Of a DNA stretch of 27,184 bases, positions 7,482-16,214 are shown one piece after another; within the stretch, counting starts at the first letter, position 1; each line of letters starts with the position of its first letter. The notes beneath the pieces are model-generated. The model was not told the origin of the DNA. It searched no databases and was given only the letters and a program-made list of their open reading frames with translations. The position numbers and the translations under genes were made by a program. Source of the DNA: Candidatus Eiseniibacteriota bacterium (GTDB taxonomy: Bacteria; Eisenbacteria; RBG-16-71-46; DASYSL01); the NCBI GenBank assembly GCA_046598045.1, contig JBKJJJ010000076.1, positions 1 through 27,184 of the forward strand, read 5' to 3'.

Positions 7482-9188
7482 GTGACCAAGTCGCTCCGCC
7501 TGACCCTGTTCGGACTCCTCGTGGTCGCCGTCATCGCCGTCGCCGGTGGCCTGTGGTACGCCCAGCGCGCCGGCGTCGTCGGCGGACAGGTGGGGAAGGC
7601 CATCCAGGCCGACCTCAAGGCCCGCGACATGCCCGATGACGCGCCGTGGCGCGACCGTCGCACGCAGGCGCTGCTGCGCTCGTTCTACGCGAAGCGCCGG
7701 ATGCGTCCCGCGTGGACGACCGCGGCCCGGCCGAACCAGCAGGCCTCGGATCTCGCCTCGATCCTCCAGCAGGCCGACAGCGAGGGTCTCAACCCGGGCG
7801 ACTATGCGACCGCGCCGCTGCTGGCGCAGCTCGAGGAGCACAAGCAGGCCGCGATCGAGAAGATGGACGCCAAGGCGCTCGCCGAGTTCGACCTGCTATG
7901 CAGCATCGCGGCGTTGCACTACATGAGCGACGTGTACGACGGGCGCATCGCGCCGCGCGCGCTCGACGCGGTGTGGATCGCGCATCCGCGCCCGGGCGAC
8001 CTCAACGAGATCCTCGAGCAGGCGGTCGAGCACAATCGCATCAAGGACGCGTTCGCCGCGCTGCCCCCGACGCACGAGGGCTACGTCAGCCTGCGCGCCG
8101 GGCGCGCGAAGTACGCGGCGATCGTCGAGCACGGCGGCTGGCCGGCGATCGGGCCGGGGCCGGCGTTGCGCAAGGGCCAGCAGGGCGCGCGCATCCGCGC
8201 GTTGCGCGCACGCCTCGCGGCCACCGGCGACCTCCCGGCGAGCGCCGCGGACGACGGGGACCGCTTCGACGACGGGGTCGAGGCGGCGGTGAAGAAGTTC
8301 CAGGAACGCTACGGGCGTGACCCCGACGGCGTCGTCGGCGCGACCGAGCTCGCGCAGTTGAACGTCCCGGCTGAGAATCGCCTGCGCCAGATCGAGCTCA
8401 ACATGGAGCGCTGGCGCTGGCTGCCGAAGACCTTCGGCGACCGGCATCTCATGGTCAACATCCCCGAATACATGCTGCACTACTACGAGGGCGGCAAGCC
8501 CGTGCTCGACATGCGCGTGGTGGTCGGCAAGGCGATGAACCAGACGCCCGTGTTCAGCGACACCATGACCGTGGTCGTGGCCAACCCGACGTGGAACGTG
8601 CCGGCGTCGATTGTCGCCAACGAGATCGGCCCGGAGATCGCGAAGGACAAGGGCTACCTCGCGAAGCACCACATGCGCCTGCTCGACGGCACCGGCGAGA
8701 ACGCGAAGGAGGTCGATCCCTCGGACGTCGACTGGGGCGACTCGACCGGGATCCGCAAGCTCGCCGTGCGCCAGGATGCGGGCGAGGACAACGCGCTCGG
8801 GGCGCTCAAGTTCCTGTTCCCGAATTCGTTCGACATCTACCTGCACGATACGCCCGCGGGCGCGCTGTTCTCGCGCGAGGACCGCAGCTTCAGCCACGGT
8901 TGCGTACGCGTCGAATACCCGATCCTGCTCGCGAGCTACGTGCTCCAGGGCGCGCCCGAGGCCGACTCCACGAAGCTGCGGGAGCTGATCGCCAAGGGTG
9001 AGACCAAGTACTTGAAGATTCCGCACCCCTTGCCGGTGAACATCGTCTACTTCACCGCGTTCGGCGGCGAGGGCGGCACGATCGGATTCCGCGAGGACAT
9101 CTATGGGGTCGACGCCGACCTCGTCGACCAACTGCGCGGGCGCGCGCATGCGCAGGCACAGGCCCGCGCGCAGGCGACCCGGAAGTAG
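7482..9188 (+). CDS. L,D-transpeptidase, YcbB/LdtD type (scaffold, peptidoglycan-binding and YkuD domains; 568 aa)
   Basis: AAGGAAGGA RBS before GTG 7482; N-terminal TM. Motifs AVKKFQERYG..PDGVVG, LNMERWRWLP, VNIPEY, NPTWNVP and catalytic YLHDTP...RSFSHGCVRV. Confidence 0.93.
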   Translation: MTKSLRLTLFGLLVVAVIAVAGGLWYAQRAGVVGGQVGKAIQADLKARDMPDDAPWRDRRTQALLRSFYAKRRMRPAWTTAARPNQQASDLASILQQADSEGLNPGDYATAPLLAQLEEHKQAAIEKMDAKALAEFDLLCSIAALHYMSDVYDGRIAPRALDAVWIAHPRPGDLNEILEQAVEHNRIKDAFAALPPTHEGYVSLRAGRAKYAAIVEHGGWPAIGPGPALRKGQQGARIRALRARLAATGDLPASAADDGDRFDDGVEAAVKKFQERYGRDPDGVVGATELAQLNVPAENRLRQIELNMERWRWLPKTFGDRHLMVNIPEYMLHYYEGGKPVLDMRVVVGKAMNQTPVFSDTMTVVVANPTWNVPASIVANEIGPEIAKDKGYLAKHHMRLLDGTGENAKEVDPSDVDWGDSTGIRKLAVRQDAGEDNALGALKFLFPNSFDIYLHDTPAGALFSREDRSFSHGCVRVEYPILLASYVLQGAPEADSTKLRELIAKGETKYLKIPHPLPVNIVYFTAFGGEGGTIGFREDIYGVDADLVDQLRGRAHAQAQARAQATRK

Positions 9189-9204
9189 CATGGCGGCTCG
9201 GCCC

Positions 9205-9233
9205 TTGCGGGACGCGCCTGCCCTCTCTAAAGT
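9205..9233 (+). promoter_or_regulatory. Candidate sigma70 promoter giving a leaderless manC mRNA
   Basis: TTGCGG (9205-9210), 17 bp, TAAAGT (9228-9233), 6 nt, then ATG 9240. No SD sequence. Confidence 0.6.
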
Positions 9234-9239
9234 GCGCGC

Positions 9240-10328
9240 ATGCGATCCGCGCTGATCCTCGCCGGTGGCCGGGGCGAACGCTTCTGGCCCTGGAGCCGTC
9301 CGGGGCACCCGAAGCAGCTCCTGCCGCTGGCGGACGGAAAGATCCTCCTCACCGCCACCCTCGAACGCCTCGCGGGCATCGTTCCGCCCGAGGCGACGTG
9401 GATCCTGACGAGCAAGGACCTCGCGCCCCGCGTCGAGGCGCTCGTGGGGAACCTTGCGCGGGTCGTGGAAGAACCGGTCGGCCGCAATACCGCGCCCGCC
9501 GTGGGCTACGCCGCGCTCCTGTCGCAGGCAGCGGGCGCCGAGGACGGCATGGCCGTGCTCGCCGCCGATCACCTGATTCCCGATCTCGCCGTCTTCCAGG
9601 AGGACCTCGAGGCCGCGCTCGAGCTCGCCGAATCGGGCGATCGGCTGGTCACGTTCGGCATTCCGCCCACGCGGGCGGAGACGGGCTACGGCTACCTCGA
9701 GCGCGGCGCGCCGCTCGGGCCCGAGCGCGCATTCGCGGTCACGGGGTTTCGCGAGAAGCCCGACCTGGCGACCGCGGAACAGTATCTCGCCAGCGGGCGG
9801 CACTTCTGGAACAGCGGCATGTTCTGCTGGCGCCCGCGGGTCGTGCTCGAGGCGCTCGATTCCCACCGTCCCGCGCTCGCGCAGGGCGTGCGCGCGCTCG
9901 GCCAGGCGGCGCACGCGTTCGTCTCGGGCCGGTCCGCGGGGGCGGGGCACGTGCTCGAGGAGGGCTTCCCGCGCCTCGAATCGGTCTCGATCGACTACGC
10001 GGTGATGGAGCCCGCAACCAACGCCGCGATGATCGAGGCCGCGTTCGAGTGGGACGACCTCGGGTCGTGGACGGCCTGGGCGCGGCGCCAGGCGCGCGAC
10101 CCGCGGGGCAATGCGGCGAGCGGCCGCGCGGTCACGATCGACAGCGACGACTGCGTCGTGCTCGGCGGCGGCGACCGGCCCGTGGTCGTGCTCGGCGGCA
10201 AGGGGCTGATCGTGATCGAGCACGAGGGCGGCACGGTGGTCTGCCCGATCGAGCGCGCCGACGAGGTGCGCAAGGCCGTCGCCGAGCTCGAGCAGCGCGG
10301 CTGGCTGGCGGGGGACGAGCCGCGATGA
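9240..10328 (+). CDS. manC: Mannose-1-phosphate guanylyltransferase (monofunctional, no cupin PMI domain)
   Basis: ILAGGRGERFWPWSR..PKQLL, EPVGRNTAPA, ADH, TGYGY, FREKP, WNSGMF, SIDYAVME and WDDLGSW. Confidence 0.93.
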   Translation: MRSALILAGGRGERFWPWSRPGHPKQLLPLADGKILLTATLERLAGIVPPEATWILTSKDLAPRVEALVGNLARVVEEPVGRNTAPAVGYAALLSQAAGAEDGMAVLAADHLIPDLAVFQEDLEAALELAESGDRLVTFGIPPTRAETGYGYLERGAPLGPERAFAVTGFREKPDLATAEQYLASGRHFWNSGMFCWRPRVVLEALDSHRPALAQGVRALGQAAHAFVSGRSAGAGHVLEEGFPRLESVSIDYAVMEPATNAAMIEAAFEWDDLGSWTAWARRQARDPRGNAASGRAVTIDSDDCVVLGGGDRPVVVLGGKGLIVIEHEGGTVVCPIERADEVRKAVAELEQRGWLAGDEPR

Positions 10329-10927
10329 GGAGCCTCGCGCTCGCGCTGCTGCTCGTGCTCACCGCCGGTTGCGCCTCGCACGCGCGCCGCGCGGCACCCA
10401 CGGCGACCGTCCCGCCGCCGCCGCCGGCCGGGGCGAGTCCGCCCGCGACCGGTCCAGAGACGGTCCCTCCGCCCGCGGGCACGGTCACCGCGCCCTGGGA
10501 CACCGCCGGCACCGCCTCCGCGAAAGCCGCGCGCCGTAACCACGTCTATCCCAAGGGCCCGAGCGCGCTCGGGCAGGAACTCGTCGACTCGCTGCGCGAC
10601 CCGGCGGCGCTCGCACGCGGGGCCGGGAGCGCCGAGCCGGCTCCCGCCCCGTCCGCACCCGCGCCCGCCAAGCCCGAGCCGCTGCCGGTCAACGATCGCG
10701 CGTGCTGGGAGGTGCAGGTGCTCGTGACCACGAGCGAGAGCCGCGCGAAGGAGGAGGCCCGCCACATCGAGAAATCGCTCGACCTCGCCGCGTGGGTCCG
10801 CAGTGGGGGCGCAATCTACCGTGTCCGCGTCGGCGGCTGCCTGACGGCCGACGGCGCGGCCGAGCTCGCGAACCGCCTCCACCTCGAGGGCTACCCCGAG
10901 GCGTTCCGCGTGATGAGGGAGCCGTGA
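10325..10927 (+). CDS. SPOR-domain lipoprotein (200 aa)
   Basis: ATGA overlap; lipobox LTAG-C; Pro/Ala-rich linker; C-terminal WEVQV...YRVRVG...A..L...GYPEAF. Confidence 0.8.
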   Translation: MRSLALALLLVLTAGCASHARRAAPTATVPPPPPAGASPPATGPETVPPPAGTVTAPWDTAGTASAKAARRNHVYPKGPSALGQELVDSLRDPAALARGAGSAEPAPAPSAPAPAKPEPLPVNDRACWEVQVLVTTSESRAKEEARHIEKSLDLAAWVRSGGAIYRVRVGGCLTADGAAELANRLHLEGYPEAFRVMREP

Positions 10928-12189
10928 AGCCCGCGGTGGTCGTTCTCTTCGAGGACGCGGGGCACCGCCTGCTCTGGCCCCTCGCGGCCACGCGCCCGGT
11001 GTGGGACCTCCGCCTGGGCGGCCACACGCTGGGCGAGAAGCTCAAGGGGCACTTCCCGGGAGCGCAGTTCGCCTACGTGGGCCGGCGCGAGGTGATCGCC
11101 GCGCTCGAGGAGGACGAGGGCCACCTGCCCGCGCCCGCCGACCTCAAGATCCAGGGCGACGTGCTGTGGCTCAACGGCCGCGCGCTCGCCGACGAGCGCT
11201 GGCTCGAGGCGGTCGCGCAGTCGGAGGGCGCGATGCGCTGGTGCACGGGCAACCGCGTGCTCGCAGTCGCGCACCCGCCGCGCATGACGTCCACCGTGCT
11301 CGAGTCGAGGACACTGCTGGTGCGCACCGACGTGCCGGCCGGCGAGGGTTTTCGCGACGAGGAGGTCGACGCCCCGTTCGTCGACGCGATCTGGGACCTG
11401 CTCAAGCACAACCACCACGAGCTGCTGGTCGAGGGCGAGCTCGCGGTGCGCGCGGCGCACGGCGCCGAGCTCGCGCCGAAGAACAACCCGGCGCTCTCGC
11501 CCGGCGCGCACCTGGTGGCGCCCGCGGGCATCGCGCTCCATCCGACCGCGCGCATCGCGCCCGCCTGCGTGCTCGACGCGAGCGCCGGTCCGATCGTGGT
11601 CGAGCGCGACGCCGTGGTCGAGGCGCACACGCACGTCGTCGGCCCGTGCTGGATCGGCGCCGGCACGCACGTGCTCGGCGGCAAGCTCGGCGGGGGCGTC
11701 GCGCTCGGGCCGGTGTGTCGCGTGGCGGGGGAGATCGAGGAGACGATCTTCCAGGGCTACGGCAACAAGCGGCACCACGGCTTCGTCGGGCACTCGGTGA
11801 TCGGCCAGTGGGTCAACCTGGGTGCGCTCACGACCACGAGCGACCTCAAGAACAACTACCGCCCCGTGCGTGTGTCGCTCGAGGGGCGGGAGCACGAGAC
11901 GCACGACAACAAGGTGGGCGCGTTCCTCGGGGACCACGTGAAGACCGGGATCGGCACGCTGCTCACGACGGGCGCGGTGGTCGGCCCGGCCTCGAACCTG
12001 TTCGGCGGGGGCACGGTGAGCCCGCGCGAGCTGCCCGCGTTCTCGTGGTGGGACGGCCACGAGCGGGTGGCCTACGACGTCGCGAAATTCCTCGAGACCG
12101 CAGCCGTGGTGTGTGGCCGGCGGGAGCGGGGCTTCGGCGAGGCGCAGGAACAACTTTACCGCACAATCGCCCGAGGCCGGCCGGCCTAA
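10924..12189 (+). CDS. GlmU-related putative sugar nucleotidyltransferase/acetyltransferase (left-handed beta-helix, 421 aa)
   Basis: GTGA overlap. N-terminal LWPLAATRPVWDLRLG..TLGEK; hexapeptide repeats; NKRHHGFVGHSVIGQWVNLGA.TTTSDLKNNY and LGDHVKTGIGT. Confidence 0.85.
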   Translation: MKPAVVVLFEDAGHRLLWPLAATRPVWDLRLGGHTLGEKLKGHFPGAQFAYVGRREVIAALEEDEGHLPAPADLKIQGDVLWLNGRALADERWLEAVAQSEGAMRWCTGNRVLAVAHPPRMTSTVLESRTLLVRTDVPAGEGFRDEEVDAPFVDAIWDLLKHNHHELLVEGELAVRAAHGAELAPKNNPALSPGAHLVAPAGIALHPTARIAPACVLDASAGPIVVERDAVVEAHTHVVGPCWIGAGTHVLGGKLGGGVALGPVCRVAGEIEETIFQGYGNKRHHGFVGHSVIGQWVNLGALTTTSDLKNNYRPVRVSLEGREHETHDNKVGAFLGDHVKTGIGTLLTTGAVVGPASNLFGGGTVSPRELPAFSWWDGHERVAYDVAKFLETAAVVCGRRERGFGEAQEQLYRTIARGRPA

Positions 12190-12237
12190 GCTCCGGCCGC
12201 CGATACGCTTAGAGCACCGTCCGGAGCCCGACCATGC

Positions 12238-12267
12238 TTGACGCCCCGCCCCCCCAGCGCCTACAGT
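12238..12267 (+). promoter_or_regulatory. Candidate sigma70 promoter of the galT-like/glgA-like pair
   Basis: TTGACG (12238-12243), 18 bp, TACAGT (12262-12267). SD GGGAGGA before ATG 12309. Confidence 0.6.
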
Positions 12268-12308
12268 CGCCTCGCTTGCCGCCGCCAAGGGACACGGGAG
12301 GACTGCAG

Positions 12309-13364
12309 ATGCCGGAGTTGCGCAAGGACCCGGTGGTCGGACGCTGGGTCATCATTTCGACCGAACGCGGGCGCAAACCGTCCGATTTCGCCGAGACCGT
12401 CGAGATGAAGCGCGCGACGTTCTGCCCGTTCTGTCCCGGCAACGAGGGCACCACGCCGCCCGAGGTGCTCGCCTACCGCCCCGACAACTCGCCCGCGAAC
12501 GGTCCGGGCTGGACGATTCGCGTCGTGCCGAACAAGTTCCCTGCGCTGCAGATCGAGGGCTCCCTCAACCGCCGGGCCGAGGGCCTGTACGACAAGATGA
12601 ACGGCATCGGCGCCCACGAGGTGATCATCGAGGGCACCGACCATCGCCTCGACTTCGCCGACATGAGCGAAGACCACATCGCGAGCATCCTCTGGGCGTA
12701 TCGCGAGCGCATGGTCGACCTGCGCAACGACAAGCGCCTCAAGTACAACCTCGTGTTCAAGAACCACGGCGAGGCCGCCGGCGCCTCGCTCGAGCACACG
12801 CACACGCAGTTGATCTCGACCCCGATCCTGCCCAAGCAGGTGCAGGAGGAGCTCGACGGCTCGCTCGCCTACTTCCAGATGAAGGAACGCTGCGTGTGGT
12901 GCGACGTCGTCGAGCAGGAGGTGGCCGAGGGCAACGGCAAGCGCGTGGTGCTGGCGACGCCGCGTTTCGCCGCGATCGTGCCCTACGCGGCGCGCTTCCC
13001 GTTCGAGTGCTGGATCCTGCCGCGCGTCCACCAGGCGGCGTTCGAGGCCCAGCCCGCCGAGGAGTACAAGGAACTCGCGGGCGTGTTGAAGGAGACGCTG
13101 CAGCGGCTCAACCTGGCGCTCAACTTTCCGCCCTACAACCTGGTGATCCACACGGCGCCGAACCGCGATTCCGATCACGAGTACTATCACTGGCACATCG
13201 AGATCATGCCCAAGCTGACCAAGGTCGCGGGCTTCGAGTGGGGATCGGGCTTCTACATCAACCCGACGTCGCCCGAGGACGCGGCTGCCTACCTGCGCGA
13301 GGCGCGTCTGCCCCCGGCGGAGGGCGCGGGCGAGAGCACGGCAACTCCGGAGGTCCCCGCATGA
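12309..13364 (+). CDS. galT: GalT-family hexose-1-phosphate nucleotidyltransferase (galactose-1-P uridylyltransferase / ADP-glucose phosphorylase-like; 351 aa)
   Basis: MPELRKDP..RWVII..ER..P, CPFCPGNE, RVVPNKFPAL, GAHEVIIE, GASLEHTHTQ (HxHxQ), HWHIEI.P and AGFEWGSG.YINP. Confidence 0.9.
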   Translation: MPELRKDPVVGRWVIISTERGRKPSDFAETVEMKRATFCPFCPGNEGTTPPEVLAYRPDNSPANGPGWTIRVVPNKFPALQIEGSLNRRAEGLYDKMNGIGAHEVIIEGTDHRLDFADMSEDHIASILWAYRERMVDLRNDKRLKYNLVFKNHGEAAGASLEHTHTQLISTPILPKQVQEELDGSLAYFQMKERCVWCDVVEQEVAEGNGKRVVLATPRFAAIVPYAARFPFECWILPRVHQAAFEAQPAEEYKELAGVLKETLQRLNLALNFPPYNLVIHTAPNRDSDHEYYHWHIEIMPKLTKVAGFEWGSGFYINPTSPEDAAAYLREARLPPAEGAGESTATPEVPA

Positions 13365-14926
13365 CAGAAGTATTGCGTGTCGCGCTCGTGGCGACGGAGG
13401 CGTCGCCGCTGGCCCGGCACGGTGGCCGCGCCGACATCGTCGCCGCGGTCGCACGCTCGCTTGCCCGGCGTGGCCACCAGGTCACGCTGTTCCTCCCCGC
13501 TTACCGTGACCTCACGTTTCCCGAGGGCAGCCGCCGTGAGACGCTGCGCGCCGAGTTGCGAGTCCCCGGGCCGGCCGGCGTCGAACCCGCCGCGCTGATC
13601 CGGGTCTCGCTCCCCGCGCGGCGCGGCGCGGGACCGTCGCCCGAGATCATCCTCGTCCACCATCGCGGCGATCGCCGGTTCTTCGATCGCCCCGGACTGT
13701 GGACCGATCCCGCCGACGGCACGCCGTACCCCGACAACGCCGCGCGCTTTGCGTTCTTCGGGCGCGCCGTGCTCGAGGGGCTGAAGGCGCTCGACGTCAA
13801 GCCCGACCTCGTGCATGCGTTCGACGCGCGCGCGGCGTGGACGCTCGGCTTCCTCAAGCGCGTCTATGCCGAGGACGCGCATTTCGTGCGCACCGGGTCG
13901 CTGATCAGCGCGCTCGACCTCGGCGACCAGGAGCCGCAGCCCGCGGCCGCGCTGGTCGAAGCCGGGCTCGAGGCCGACGCGCAGGAGCCGTGGGCGCTGT
14001 ACAAGGGCGAGGAGCCGGTGCCGCTGCTCAAGATCGGGCTGCGCCACGCGGATCTCGTCGTGCTGCCGTCGAAAACCTACGCGGCCGAGTTGCTCGGGAA
14101 TCGCGAACTCGCGCGCGGCCTCGCGCCCGTACTCGCGATCCGCGCGCAGGACACGGTGGGCGTGGTGCACGGGATCGACGCCGTGATGTGGAATCCGGCG
14201 ACGGACGCGGGCATTGCCGCGCCGTTCTCGGCCGGCGACATTGCGGGCAAGTCCTCGTGCCGCCGCGCACTCGCGGAACGCGCCGGCTGGCCGAGCGACC
14301 CCGCCGAGTCGAGCCATGCGTGGCCGATCGTCGGCCTGATCGCGAAGCTCACCGACGAGCAGGGCATGGCGCTGCTGACCGAGTCGCTCGAGCGCCTGCT
14401 CGCGCTCGACGCGCGCTACTTCGTGCTCGGGCTCGGCGACCGCGTGCACCACGATGCGCTCGGGGAGGCGGCACACCGTCACCCGGACCGCCTGTTCGCG
14501 CGGCTGACGTTCGACGACACGCTGGTGCGCGAGATCGTCGCCGGCGCGGACCTGTTCCTGCTACCCGCGTTGCACGAGCCGACCGGGCGCCAGGCGCTGC
14601 GCGCGATGCGCTACGGCGCGGTGCCGGTCGCGCACAAGGTGGGCGGCCTGGCCGACGTGGTGACCGACTTCGATCCGTCCTCCGGCACGGGCACCGGGTT
14701 CACGTTCCTTGCCCCGACGCCGCTCGACCTCTGCGCGGCGCTTGCGCACGCGATCGACACCTACCACCAGCCCCATGCTTGGCGCCGCCTGGCGAAGAAC
14801 GCGATGCTGCACGACGGCTCGTGGGAAGCGACTGCGCTCGGGTACGAGACGGCGTACCGCGACGTCCGCAAGCGCGTCGAGGCGAAGCGCTTCGGCGCCT
14901 GGGCGCTGGGGATCGCGCGGGGCTAG
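13361..14926 (+). CDS. glgA: Glycogen synthase (GT5) homologue with substituted catalytic motifs (521 aa)
   Basis: ATGA overlap. GT5 scaffold: E.SP...GG.ADIV, YPDNAARFAFF.RA, GID...WNPATD, AGAD.FL.P..HEP.G, AMRYGAVP...VGGLAD.V, TGF.F and SW...A..Y. Activity is doubtful (see findings). Confidence 0.85.
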   Translation: MTEVLRVALVATEASPLARHGGRADIVAAVARSLARRGHQVTLFLPAYRDLTFPEGSRRETLRAELRVPGPAGVEPAALIRVSLPARRGAGPSPEIILVHHRGDRRFFDRPGLWTDPADGTPYPDNAARFAFFGRAVLEGLKALDVKPDLVHAFDARAAWTLGFLKRVYAEDAHFVRTGSLISALDLGDQEPQPAAALVEAGLEADAQEPWALYKGEEPVPLLKIGLRHADLVVLPSKTYAAELLGNRELARGLAPVLAIRAQDTVGVVHGIDAVMWNPATDAGIAAPFSAGDIAGKSSCRRALAERAGWPSDPAESSHAWPIVGLIAKLTDEQGMALLTESLERLLALDARYFVLGLGDRVHHDALGEAAHRHPDRLFARLTFDDTLVREIVAGADLFLLPALHEPTGRQALRAMRYGAVPVAHKVGGLADVVTDFDPSSGTGTGFTFLAPTPLDLCAALAHAIDTYHQPHAWRRLAKNAMLHDGSWEATALGYETAYRDVRKRVEAKRFGAWALGIARG

Positions 14927-16149
14927 CGCTTCACCCCGGCCGGCTCGAGGTAAGCCGCATGCAGGGCCCCAAGCGCGGTCTCCGCGGCCTCGCGCGGCAC
15001 CACGAACGAGATCGCGAGCGAGCCGATGCGCATGCCGCGCACCTGCGCCTCGGCGCGGCCGAGGCGGCGCGCAGCGTCGAGCGCGAACGCCGAGTCGTCG
15101 GCCAGCCCGTGGCCGATCATCGAGACCAACGCGAGCCCGCGGTGAACGTTGAGCGCCCAGCGGCCGGCGGGCTTCTCCATCGTCTCCCAGAGTTCCATCA
15201 GCCGCGTGGCGTCCTCGTCGGGTGCGATCCAGGACAGGCGCACACGCTCGACGCGGTTCGCCTCGAGCGCGAGCAACTCGAGCGGCAGGCCCGTGGTCTC
15301 GAGCAGCGCGAGCGCCGCGGCCGCCGCGCCGGGGGGCGTGTCGGCGCCCTTGATCTCGATCAGCGCGACGTCGTTCTTGTGCGCGAGGCCCGTGACGTGC
15401 GGCCCCTCCATCGGAATGTCGTGACCGTCCACCAGCGTGCCCTCCTCGTGACTGAAACTCGACAACACTCGAATCGGAACGCGGTAGCGCGCGGCCAGGT
15501 CGACCGAGCGCGCCGACAGCACCTGCGCACCGAGACGGGCGAGCGCCGCCATCGCGCGGTAGGAGATCGCGGGGATCTTGCGCGCGAGCGCGACCCGGCG
15601 CGGGTCGGCGGTGTAGACGCCGTCGACGTCGGTGAAGATCTCGCACGCCTTCGCCGCGAACGCGGCCGCCATCGCGACCGCGGTCGTGTCCGAGCCGCCG
15701 CGGCCGAGCGTCGTGATCTCCTTGTCGACCGACACGCCCTGGAAGCCCGCGACAATCACGATCGTGCCGTGCGCCAGTTCCTCGCGCAGGCGGAACGGGC
15801 GCACCTCCTTGATGCGCGCCTTGCCGTGGCCGCGGTCCGTGATGATGCCGGACTGCGATCCCGTGAACGACGCGGCGCGTGCGCCGCGCTTTTCGAGCGC
15901 CATGGCGAGCAGCGCCATCGAGATGCGCTCGCCGGCGGAGAGCAGCATGTCGAGTTCGCGGCGCGGGGGGTGAGGGTGGATCTGGCGCGCGAGGTCCATC
16001 AGGTGGTCGGTGGTCTCGCCCATCGCGCTCACCACGACGATCAGGTGGTGGCCCGCGGCGTGCGCCTCGAGGATGCGCTCGGCGACGGCGTCGATGCGTT
16101 CAGGCGTGCCGACGGACGTGCCGCCGTATTTTTGAACGAGGACCGGCAT
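14923..16149 (-). CDS. lysC: Aspartate kinase (408 aa) with divergent ACT domains
   Basis: VQKYGGTSV, VVVSAMG.TTD, DMLLSAGERIS, VAGFQG, TTLGRGGSDTTA and FTDVDGVYTADPR. Confidence 0.93.
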   Translation of the reverse strand: MPVLVQKYGGTSVGTPERIDAVAERILEAHAAGHHLIVVVSAMGETTDHLMDLARQIHPHPPRRELDMLLSAGERISMALLAMALEKRGARAASFTGSQSGIITDRGHGKARIKEVRPFRLREELAHGTIVIVAGFQGVSVDKEITTLGRGGSDTTAVAMAAAFAAKACEIFTDVDGVYTADPRRVALARKIPAISYRAMAALARLGAQVLSARSVDLAARYRVPIRVLSSFSHEEGTLVDGHDIPMEGPHVTGLAHKNDVALIEIKGADTPPGAAAAALALLETTGLPLELLALEANRVERVRLSWIAPDEDATRLMELWETMEKPAGRWALNVHRGLALVSMIGHGLADDSAFALDAARRLGRAEAQVRGMRIGSLAISFVVPREAAETALGALHAAYLEPAGVKR

Positions 16150-16157
16150 GGACTGCG

Positions 16158-16186
16158 TTCTTACGCCGTTCGGGGAGCCACGTCAA
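16158..16186 (-). promoter_or_regulatory. Candidate sigma70 promoter for lysC (leaderless or near-leaderless)
   Basis: On the minus strand: TTGACG (16186-16181), 17 bp, TAAGAA (16163-16158), 8 nt, ATG. No SD sequence. Confidence 0.5.
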
Positions 16187-16214
16187 TCGCGCAACTGCAA
16201 GGAAACACGGGGCC

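Noticed and set aside
9139..9188. AHAQAQARAQA low-complexity tail, and the Pro/Ala runs in the SPOR protein, as DNA repeats
   Set aside because: Ordinary protein-level low complexity, not a repeat array.
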